From Bacteroidota bacterium (GTDB taxonomy: Bacteria; Bacteroidota; Bacteroidia; 2-12-FULL-35-15): a stretch of DNA of 61,275 bases. The number at the start of each line of letters is the position of its first letter. The stretch's first letter is position 1. The translations under genes were made by a program, and so were the position numbers. This document shows positions 1-8,220 of this stretch, one piece after another. The notes under the pieces are model-generated. The model was not told the DNA's origin. It worked only from the letters and a program-made list of their open reading frames with translations, and did no database searches. The stretch is from positions 1 to 61,275 of the forward strand of contig CANFLQ010000005.1 in the NCBI GenBank assembly GCA_947447995.1, read 5' to 3'.

Positions 1-2
1 AA

Positions 3-935
3 CCCGACATAGTTCATACGCACGCTTCAAAAGCAGGAACTCTTGGGCGCTTGGCCGCCCATTCGTGCAAAGTACCAATTATTGTTCATACATTTCACGG
101 GCACGTGTTTCATTCCTATTTTGGGAAATTTCAAACTACTTTTTATAAAAACATAGAACGTTTTTTAGCAAAAAAATCATCTGCAATTATTGCTATCAGC
201 GATAAGCAAAAAGAAGAATTAGTTAATATTCATAAAATTTGTCCTTTAAATAAAGTCGCCGTTATTCCATTAGGATTTGACCTTTCAAAATTTCAGGAAA
301 ACAGTACCGAAAAAAGAGAAACATTTAGAACCAAGTATAATATTGATGCGGATGAGATTGTTATTGCAATCATAGGTCGACTGGTTCCTGTAAAGAACCA
401 TGCTCTTTTTTTGGAAGCCATTAAAATTGTTTCCGAAAAAACCACTAAAAAAATCCGCGCATTTATTATTGGAGATGGGGAAGATAGATTAGTGATAGAG
501 AATAAAGCCAACCAATTAAATATCTCATTTGTTGATGCTACAAAAACAAACGAAAAAGCTACGGTAACATTTACATCCTGGATAAAAGAAATTGATACCG
601 CACTTGCCGGTAGCGACATTATTGCTTTAACATCCTTTAATGAAGGTACGCCTGTCAGTTTGATTGAAGCTCAGGCTGCAAATAAACCTATTGTTACCAC
701 TAATGTAGGAGGCATTGAAAATGTTGTAAACCCGAATGACACAGCACTTTTATGCTCTACTTTTGAACCCGAAAATTTTGCCGATACGTTACTAAAACTT
801 ACTGAAAACGAAGAATTAAGACATAAAATGTCAGAAAACGGCTGGCAACACGTAAAAGAAAAATACCACTACACTCGATTAGTGACCGACATGGAGCACC
901 TTTACAGTAAACTACTAATAAACAAACCATTATAA
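3..935 (+). CDS. GT4 (GT-B) glycosyltransferase, 5'-truncated by the window edge
   Basis: Frame is open upstream of ORF 51..935, reading PDIVHTHASKAGTLGRLAAH, a typical GT4 N-domain. C-domain has IIGRLVPVKN and SFNEGTPVSLIEAQAA (EX7E). Confidence 0.9.
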   Translation, partial: PDIVHTHASKAGTLGRLAAHSCKVPIIVHTFHGHVFHSYFGKFQTTFYKNIERFLAKKSSAIIAISDKQKEELVNIHKICPLNKVAVIPLGFDLSKFQENSTEKRETFRTKYNIDADEIVIAIIGRLVPVKNHALFLEAIKIVSEKTTKKIRAFIIGDGEDRLVIENKANQLNISFVDATKTNEKATVTFTSWIKEIDTALAGSDIIALTSFNEGTPVSLIEAQAANKPIVTTNVGGIENVVNPNDTALLCSTFEPENFADTLLKLTENEELRHKMSENGWQHVKEKYHYTRLVTDMEHLYSKLLINKPL

Positions 936-998
936 AAATATTGATTTAAGTTCAGATTATTTTTTAACTTTACTATTAAAATGTATAGAATAGTAAGT

Positions 999-1772
999 AT
1001 GCGCAAACTTCTTTATTTATTTGGATTTCTATTGCTGTTTTCAAGTTGTGGGTTGTTAAACCAAAACAATATGTTTAAAACCTCCACAAATTACAAATAC
1101 GCATCTACCCCCGATTCCAGTAAAGTATATGAATATAAAATATCACCAAACGATATTCTTTCCTTCACAATTTATTCGAATGATGGATTTAAACTTATTG
1201 ATCTAACAGCGTTTGCCCCATCAAATAGTTACACAAATTCGTCAACCGCTCAAAATGGAAACATGTACACTGTTGAAGCTGATGGAAATGTAAAGCTTCC
1301 TGTGTTAGGTAGAAAAAAATTAATAGGTCTTACAATACGAGAAGCCGAACAAATACTAGAAGAAAGTTATTCAGCATTTTATGTAAAACCATTCATTGTT
1401 GCAAAAATAATTAACCGAAAAGTAATATTATTTCCAGGAAGTACTGGTGATGCCAAAGTTATAGAACTTAAAAATAACAACACCACACTTATTGATGTAA
1501 TTGCTGCTGCTGGAGGTATTTCAGAAGATGGAAAAGCTAAAAAAGTTAAGCTTATAAGAGATATAAATAAAAAACACGAAGTATACTTAATTGATCTTTC
1601 AACCATAAAGGGTATTAACGACGCCTTTATTGTTTTGCAAGCAAATGACATAATTTATATTGAGCCCAGAAAACATGTTAGCAAAAAAGTTATGCAAGAA
1701 CTACTGCCTATATTAAGTTTACTTTCCACTACTATTTTATCGTTTTCACTGATACATAATTTAACCAAATAA
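999..1772 (+). CDS. wza: Polysaccharide export outer-membrane lipoprotein (Wza/Poly_export + SLBB)
   Basis: Lipoprotein signal MRKLLYLFGFLLLFSSC from ATG 999 (track starts at 981). YKISPNDILS...VEADGNVKLPVLG, TLIDVIAAAGGIS and LQANDIIYIEP motifs. Directly upstream of wzc. Confidence 0.88.
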   Translation: MRKLLYLFGFLLLFSSCGLLNQNNMFKTSTNYKYASTPDSSKVYEYKISPNDILSFTIYSNDGFKLIDLTAFAPSNSYTNSSTAQNGNMYTVEADGNVKLPVLGRKKLIGLTIREAEQILEESYSAFYVKPFIVAKIINRKVILFPGSTGDAKVIELKNNNTTLIDVIAAAGGISEDGKAKKVKLIRDINKKHEVYLIDLSTIKGINDAFIVLQANDIIYIEPRKHVSKKVMQELLPILSLLSTTILSFSLIHNLTK

Positions 1773-1774
1773 AT

Positions 1775-4213
1775 ATGCATCAGCAAGATATATCAAACGC
1801 TAACGATAATTTTGAACGTTATAAAGAAAGAATCTCCAACTTTAGTGGCGATTTTGAACTAGGGCTTTTTTTATTTATTGCGCGTAAAAGCCTTATTTGG
1901 GTGACTTTGCTTTTTGTTATTGCCTTTTTTGCTGCATTATTATATCTGCGATATACCCCCCCGATATTTGAATCACATAGCACCTTACAAATACAAACAA
2001 GCAATCAAGCAACTGACTTATTAAATGTGTCGGACTTTGGTGAAAATAAAAATGTATTATCTGAAGATGTTGAACTTTTGCGTTCTAAAGTTTTATTTAA
2101 ACGAGTGCTTTCTAAATTACCATTAGAAAACAGCTATTTTGCAGAAGGAACATTTAAAGCAAATGAATTATACTCCAATTCACCTTTTAGTGTAGTTGTT
2201 AAAATTAAAAACCCAACAATTGCAAATTCCAAAATATATGTTGATTTTTTAAATACCCACCAAGTTATAATTTCTTATGAAATAAATAAAACGCTATTTT
2301 CTAAAACCTGTGAAGTAGAACAATGGATTGCATCCCCCAATTTTGATTTTAATATTCATATAAAAAACTACAAACAAATAGAAGAACAACAGAATTTGGT
2401 AAAGAAAAACTCCTATTTCTTTACTATCAACAATTTAGACAATTTAGTGGAGGAGTATTACCCTAGGCTGGACGTTAAAATCCTTAATGCAAATGCAAAT
2501 ACAATATTAATTACATTTTCTGATTTTAATGCCCAAAAAGCTACCGATATTGTAACAACAATTACCAATGAATACGATGGCTTTGAAGTAGAGCGTAAAA
2601 GCCAAAGTTCGGGAAGTATTATTGAATTTATTAATGAACAATTAGATGTTGTTTATGAAAAACTTAAAGCATCGGAAAACTCTATAAGAGAATTTAAAAA
2701 AGAATACAGTATTGGCGAAAACAGTCTCCGACTAGCAGAAAAATCTTCTCGTCATAATGCAATTGAAGACAAAATTATAGCACTAGAATTAGAAGAATCT
2801 GTATTAATAAAAATAGAAACAAACATTAATAATTCTAAGAATATCAATACTTACAGTTTACTAGCCATGCTTGCTGGTACAAACAGTGAAACTTCTATTT
2901 CTTCGTCAATTAACGCTTTACAAAAACTCTTACTTCAAAAAGAAGAAATGCTTTACAATGTAACCCCTAATAGTGAAGCAACTAGGGCTATTGACTATCA
3001 AATTGAGATTCAAACAAAACTATTAAAGGAAAGTATTAAATCAATAAAAAATAATATCCAAATCAGAAAAGAGGACTTAAAAGCTAAAGCGGAAGAAATA
3101 GATAATAAATTTCACGAACTACCTGAAAACGTAATTGAATATAATAGATTACAAAGGTTATTTGATCTAAATGAAAAATATTACACCATGCTGATTGAGA
3201 AAAAAACAGAATACTCAATATCTAAAGCGGGCTTTGTAACACAAAATGTTATTCTTGAAAAAGCAACTGTTTCGGGGACTCCAATTTCCCCTAACAATAA
3301 CTTTATTTACTTAACTTATTTATTGAGTGCTTTTTTATTAAGTATAGCTTATATAATCATTCGCTATTTATCTCACGATCAAATAAATTCATTGAATGAT
3401 ATAAGCAAACATCTAAATACTTCTATTAGTATTTTAGGTATTGTACCAAAAAGCAAACAAGATATCCCTAGTTCTCAACTTTTAGTAGACAAAAGTCCTA
3501 AATCAATCATAGCAGAATCTTTCCGCTCCATTCGCACTAATTTGCAATTTATTTCAAACCAATCCGATTCAAAAGTAATTGCAATCACCTCTACCATTTC
3601 TGGAGAAGGTAAAACTTTTGTAGCTATTAACCTGGCAGGCATTATCGCCTTTTCTGGAAAAAAAGTCATACTCATTGATTTAGATATGAGACGACCAAAA
3701 ATACATATTGGCTTTAAAGCTGAAAACACAAAGGGTATGAGCACATTATTAATTAAAAAAGATACATTACAAGATTGCATTCAAGGCAGCAGTTTAGAGA
3801 ATTTACATTTCATAACTGCCGGACCAATACCTCCCAATCCTTCAGAATTAGTGATTAGTAAACGAATGGATGAATTAATTGCTGAATTAAAAACGATGTA
3901 CGATATTATTATGATTGACACCCCACCAGTTGGATTGGTTAGCGATGGAATAACCATGATACAAAAAGCAGACTTTCCAATATATATTTTCAGATCAGAT
4001 TACTCCAAACGAAACTTTATACATAATGCTGACCGTTTGTATAATGAAGCTAATATTAAAAAATTATCCATAATATTAAATGGGATAGATATTGAAAGGA
4101 AAAGCTACGGATATAGTTACGGATATGGATACGGGTACGGATATGGGTCGGGGTATGGGTATTACGATGATGATACAAAAGCTAAGACTAAAAAAACATT
4201 TTTTAAAAAATAA
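1775..4213 (+). CDS. wzc: Polysaccharide co-polymerase / BY-kinase (Wzc)
   Basis: Two TM segments, coiled coil, Walker A STISGEGKT, A' IDLDMRRP, Walker B IMIDTPP, C-terminal Tyr cluster YGYSYGYGYGYGYGSGYGYY. Confidence 0.93.
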   Translation: MHQQDISNANDNFERYKERISNFSGDFELGLFLFIARKSLIWVTLLFVIAFFAALLYLRYTPPIFESHSTLQIQTSNQATDLLNVSDFGENKNVLSEDVELLRSKVLFKRVLSKLPLENSYFAEGTFKANELYSNSPFSVVVKIKNPTIANSKIYVDFLNTHQVIISYEINKTLFSKTCEVEQWIASPNFDFNIHIKNYKQIEEQQNLVKKNSYFFTINNLDNLVEEYYPRLDVKILNANANTILITFSDFNAQKATDIVTTITNEYDGFEVERKSQSSGSIIEFINEQLDVVYEKLKASENSIREFKKEYSIGENSLRLAEKSSRHNAIEDKIIALELEESVLIKIETNINNSKNINTYSLLAMLAGTNSETSISSSINALQKLLLQKEEMLYNVTPNSEATRAIDYQIEIQTKLLKESIKSIKNNIQIRKEDLKAKAEEIDNKFHELPENVIEYNRLQRLFDLNEKYYTMLIEKKTEYSISKAGFVTQNVILEKATVSGTPISPNNNFIYLTYLLSAFLLSIAYIIIRYLSHDQINSLNDISKHLNTSISILGIVPKSKQDIPSSQLLVDKSPKSIIAESFRSIRTNLQFISNQSDSKVIAITSTISGEGKTFVAINLAGIIAFSGKKVILIDLDMRRPKIHIGFKAENTKGMSTLLIKKDTLQDCIQGSSLENLHFITAGPIPPNPSELVISKRMDELIAELKTMYDIIMIDTPPVGLVSDGITMIQKADFPIYIFRSDYSKRNFIHNADRLYNEANIKKLSIILNGIDIERKSYGYSYGYGYGYGYGSGYGYYDDDTKAKTKKTFFKK

Positions 4214-4230
4214 ATTAATAGTTAAACAAT

Positions 4231-4773
4231 ATGAGAATTACTGAAACTCCTATCAAAGATTTATTAATTATAAAGCCTACCGTTTTTGAAGACAGTAGAG
4301 GCTATTTTTACGAATCGTATAGTAAAATATTATTTCAACAACATGGAATTAATGTTGATTTTGTTCAAGACAACCAATCCTTATCGCAAGCTGGAGTATT
4401 AAGAGGATTACATTTTCAAAACCCTCCATTTGCTCAAGGAAAGCTTGTTAGAGTTATTAAGGGAGCTATTTTAGATGTGGCATTAGATCTTCGAAAAAAA
4501 TCCCCTACTTATGGAAAACATTTTGATTTAGAACTAAATGAAAAAAATAAAACCATGTTATGGATACCCGCTGGATTTGCACATGGATTTTTAACATTAG
4601 AAAACGACACTGTTTTTTCCTACAAATGCACTAATATATACAACAAAGCTTCAGAAGACTGCATTTTATGGAATGACGTTGATTTAGGAATTAATTGGGG
4701 TATTGATTGCCCCCAATTATCTGAAAAAGATACGTTAGGCAAAAATTTTAAAGACTTTGTAAGTCTTTTTTAA
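4231..4773 (+). CDS. rfbC: dTDP-4-dehydrorhamnose 3,5-epimerase
   Basis: FEDSRGYFYESY, QDNQSLS, GVLRGLHFQ, LWIPAGFAHGFLTL motifs. Confidence 0.95.
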   Translation: MRITETPIKDLLIIKPTVFEDSRGYFYESYSKILFQQHGINVDFVQDNQSLSQAGVLRGLHFQNPPFAQGKLVRVIKGAILDVALDLRKKSPTYGKHFDLELNEKNKTMLWIPAGFAHGFLTLENDTVFSYKCTNIYNKASEDCILWNDVDLGINWGIDCPQLSEKDTLGKNFKDFVSLF

Positions 4774-4796
4774 ACCGAAACAAAACAACACATTTT

Positions 4797-5867
4797 ATGG
4801 ACGGAAATCTTTTACTTTTTTTAATTTACACTTCCTATTTTATTACCACCATTTTATTGTCATTTTTAATAAACGGTTTGTTTTTAAAATTTTCATTTAG
4901 CTTGGGTACCAGAAATATGCCTGAAAATATCATACGCTGGAGTCCGCAAGCAAAACCATCTTTAGGCGGCATATCATTTTTTATAATCTTTCTATTATCG
5001 GTAGCAAGTTACCCTATATTGTTTGAACAACATGCAGTGTTGTTCAACAAACAATTATTCGGAATACTATCTGCATCCACGCTCGCCTTTTTAATGGGTT
5101 TATCTGACGATGCTTATAATACAAAACCATTTTTAAAACTAACGGTTCAGATATTTTGTGCACTTATATTAATTTTTTCGGGTACTCAAATTTCTTTATT
5201 TGAATCAACTATTCTAAACCAGGCATTAACTATTTTTTGGATTGTAAGCATTATGAATTCTATCAATATGCTTGATAATATGGATGCTATCACTACGGTA
5301 ATTTCAATTAGTATTATTATAAATGCCTTATTGATACTTTATCTTAACAGCGACTCATACAACATTCATATTATACTTTTGATTGGCGTTTTATCTTCAC
5401 TAATTGGTTTTTTATTTTACAACTGGCATCCTGCAAAAATGTTTATGGGTGATACGGGCAGCCAGTTTTTAGGTTTGTTTTTAGGTGCAATGGGTATTAT
5501 TTACTTTTGGAATACCCCTGATATGCAAGGTCATTTTATTCAATCGAAACAATTTTTTGTAACCATTCTTGCTTTTGCTGTACCTATAATAGATACTACG
5601 TCTGTGGTTATTAACCGAATAAAAAAAGGAAAATCTCCATTTGTTGGAGGGAAAGATCATACAACCCACAGTCTATTTTTTTCGGGATTAAGCGAAAAAA
5701 AAATAGCTGTTCTATACGGTGGAATATGTATTTTTTCTATGTTTTTCAACTTTTTAATAATTAATTATATTAAAGAATGGGGATATCTCCACATCACATT
5801 ATTTTCGGCTTATTTTATTGTGCTTTTTTTATTTTTATATGTGCCTACAATAAAATATGGACAATAA
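4797..5867 (+). CDS. MraY/WecA-family undecaprenyl-phosphate sugar-1-phosphate transferase
   Basis: Polytopic membrane protein with GLSDD, NSINMLDNMD, FYNWHPAKMFMGDTGS and GGKDHTTHSL motifs. Confidence 0.88.
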   Translation: MDGNLLLFLIYTSYFITTILLSFLINGLFLKFSFSLGTRNMPENIIRWSPQAKPSLGGISFFIIFLLSVASYPILFEQHAVLFNKQLFGILSASTLAFLMGLSDDAYNTKPFLKLTVQIFCALILIFSGTQISLFESTILNQALTIFWIVSIMNSINMLDNMDAITTVISISIIINALLILYLNSDSYNIHIILLIGVLSSLIGFLFYNWHPAKMFMGDTGSQFLGLFLGAMGIIYFWNTPDMQGHFIQSKQFFVTILAFAVPIIDTTSVVINRIKKGKSPFVGGKDHTTHSLFFSGLSEKKIAVLYGGICIFSMFFNFLIINYIKEWGYLHITLFSAYFIVLFLFLYVPTIKYGQ

Positions 5868-5874
5868 AAACTGA

Positions 5875-6999
5875 ATGATAAAAAAACATCTGCGTCCAGT
5901 AATTATTAATCTAAACTCATCCAAAAAATACCTCATCGCATTTGGATGTGTGTCACTTTTATTAATCTCCATTAAGCTATTTAACTATTCTTTAACCAAT
6001 CACCGTTCCGACGATAACTACGAAGATTATTTTAATTCCAATTATAAAATATTCAATATCCGTATCCCGAAAAATTTAAACTTTGCTGGAGAAAAAGTTC
6101 CTGTTTCTAATTTAAGGATACACAAAGCAATGGAAGAAGAACTTGTTAAAAACACGTATTGGCAATCTCAATCGTTGGTATTGCATAAACGTGCCAGCAA
6201 ATGGTTTCCTGTAATCGAGCCTATTCTTAAAAAATACAATATACCCAACGATTTTAAATACATAGCTTTAGTTGAAAGTCAATTAACCAATGTTATATCA
6301 CCTCAAGGTGCAACAGGATTCTGGCAAATTGTGGAATCTACTGGAAAAGGTTATGGAATGGAAATAACAGATGAAGTAGATGACCGATACCATGTTGTTA
6401 AATCTACCGAAATGGCTTGCAAATACTTTAATGAAGCCCATAAACAATTTAATAATTGGACACTTGTTGCTGCTTCGTACAATTTAGGTATGAATGGAAT
6501 TAGGGCGCAATTAAACAAACAACATGTTGATAATTATTATGACCTGCATTTGACTGAAGAAACAAGAGAATATGTATTTAGAATACTAGCCATGAAGGAA
6601 ATTATTTCTCGCCCTAAAGTGTATGGATTTATGCTAAAAAAAAGAGATTTATATCGTACTGTTCCTACAAAATTTATCACTATTGATACAAGTATTAGCG
6701 ACCTCTCCGAATTTGCAAACGCTATTGGGATTAATTATACAGTACTTAAACATTTAAACCCTTGGTTAAAGGCAAATACACTCACAAATACTTATCGCCA
6801 CCAAGGACTTATTGCTATAAGATCTACTGTTTCTAAAAAAAGGTATCTAATTGAAATCCCAATCAATAAGGTATCAATGGCCGATTTAGGTTTATTAGAC
6901 GATAGCGAAACTACAATCCATAAGGACTCTACTTGTAGTTCTATAATACCATGTGCTGTAGTAATAGACTCTATAAGCCATAATTCAGCAATCAAATAA
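5875..6999 (+). CDS. Lytic murein transglycosylase (SLT domain, MltD-like)
   Basis: IPNDFKYIALVES (catalytic Glu), GATGFWQIV, AASYNLG, ETREYVFRILA motifs and an N-terminal membrane anchor. Start uncertain. Confidence 0.88.
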   Translation: MIKKHLRPVIINLNSSKKYLIAFGCVSLLLISIKLFNYSLTNHRSDDNYEDYFNSNYKIFNIRIPKNLNFAGEKVPVSNLRIHKAMEEELVKNTYWQSQSLVLHKRASKWFPVIEPILKKYNIPNDFKYIALVESQLTNVISPQGATGFWQIVESTGKGYGMEITDEVDDRYHVVKSTEMACKYFNEAHKQFNNWTLVAASYNLGMNGIRAQLNKQHVDNYYDLHLTEETREYVFRILAMKEIISRPKVYGFMLKKRDLYRTVPTKFITIDTSISDLSEFANAIGINYTVLKHLNPWLKANTLTNTYRHQGLIAIRSTVSKKRYLIEIPINKVSMADLGLLDDSETTIHKDSTCSSIIPCAVVIDSISHNSAIK

Positions 7000-7009
7000 T
7001 ACAGTACAA

Positions 7010-8134
7010 TTACCCTATCAACGATTTATAAAGATTTTCGTACATCGGTAATATTTTAGTTATATCAAATTTATTTGCTTGTTGATAGGCATTTGCTTTA
7101 AACTGATTTAAAGTGGCATCATCTTTTAAAATACTTATGGCATTTATTGCCATTTCCTCCACATCGCCTACATTACTCAAATATCCCGAAAAACCATTCA
7201 CATTCACTTCGGACAAGCCACCCGAATTAGATGAGATTACAGGCACTTTACTTGCCATAGCTTCCAAGGCGGCTAAACCAAAACTTTCGGTTTCCGATGG
7301 CAATAAAAACAGGTCGGAAATCCGTAATATTTGTTCCGGATTTACAATTTTCCCTAACGATCTTACATCATCACAAATATGTAATTCCCTGCATAATTTT
7401 TCAATATTTCCACGTTCGGGACCATCACCAACCAATATTAATTTTGATGGAATTTCTTTATGCACTTTTTCAAATATACGCACCACATCTTCCACCCGCT
7501 TTACCTTTCTAAAATTAGATACATGTATTAATAATCGCTCACCTTTAGGTGCATACATTTTTTTTTGACACACGCCTGCCTCCATATTGTATTCATCCAA
7601 ACAAATGAAATTGGGAATTACCTTAATCTCTTTTTTAACATTAGGAAAATTGATATACGTATCCTGTTTCAAACTTTCAGAAACTGCTGTTACCGCATCA
7701 CTTTGATTGATTGCAAACGTAATAACAGGTTCAAATGAAGGGTCTTTACCAACCAATGTAATATCCGTACCATGCAAAGTTGTGATAAACGGAATATTTA
7801 TACCTTGAGAAGCCAATATCTGCTTTGCCATGTATGCTGCGGAAGCGTGAGGAATGGCATAATGAACGTGCAAAATATCTAACTTTTCATATTTTACTAC
7901 ATCAACCAATTTACTTGACAATACCAATTCATAAGGTGGATAATCAAACAATGGATAATCCGAAACAGACACTTCATGATAAAATAAATTACCCGATAAA
8001 AAATCCAAACGCACAGGTGGGCTATACGTAATAAAATGCACCTGATGTCCTTTTTGAGCCAAAGCCTTACCAAGTTCGGTTGCTACTACTCCACTACCAC
8101 CAAATGTTGGATAACACACTATTCCTATTTTCAT
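7010..8134 (-). CDS. bshA: N-acetyl-alpha-D-glucosaminyl L-malate synthase (bacillithiol-type biosynthesis)
   Basis: MKIGIVCYPTFGGSGVVATELG, LHVHYAIPHA, TTLHGTDITLVG, HVSNFRKVKR and ESFGLAALEAMA are the BshA signature. Confidence 0.93.
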   Translation of the reverse strand: MKIGIVCYPTFGGSGVVATELGKALAQKGHQVHFITYSPPVRLDFLSGNLFYHEVSVSDYPLFDYPPYELVLSSKLVDVVKYEKLDILHVHYAIPHASAAYMAKQILASQGINIPFITTLHGTDITLVGKDPSFEPVITFAINQSDAVTAVSESLKQDTYINFPNVKKEIKVIPNFICLDEYNMEAGVCQKKMYAPKGERLLIHVSNFRKVKRVEDVVRIFEKVHKEIPSKLILVGDGPERGNIEKLCRELHICDDVRSLGKIVNPEQILRISDLFLLPSETESFGLAALEAMASKVPVISSNSGGLSEVNVNGFSGYLSNVGDVEEMAINAISILKDDATLNQFKANAYQQANKFDITKILPMYENLYKSLIG

Positions 8135-8171
8135 TTTTTAAAAATTCGGTTTTGAATTCTTCATTGTAGCT

Positions 8172-8179
8172 CAAAGATA
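8172..8179 (-). promoter_or_regulatory. Bacteroidota sigma-A -7 element (TATCTTTG) upstream of bshA
   Basis: Exact TAnnTTTG on the minus strand about 38 bp before the bshA start. Confidence 0.6.
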
Positions 8180-8182
8180 ACA

Positions 8183-8217
8183 CAACTTTAAACTTTTCAA
8201 CTTTAAACTTTGAACTA
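8183..8217. repeat. Degenerate heptamer array (family 1, (C)AACTTT[AG]A)
   Basis: caactttaaacttttcaactttaaactttgaacta, just 3' of the GH3 stop on its coding strand. Confidence 0.75.
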
Positions 8218-8220
8218 AAT

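Noticed and set aside
4105-4165. GGNTAY-type hexamer repeat in wzc as a contingency or mobile repeat
   Set aside because: It encodes the expected C-terminal Gly-Tyr autophosphorylation cluster of a BY-kinase, with varied synonymous codons.
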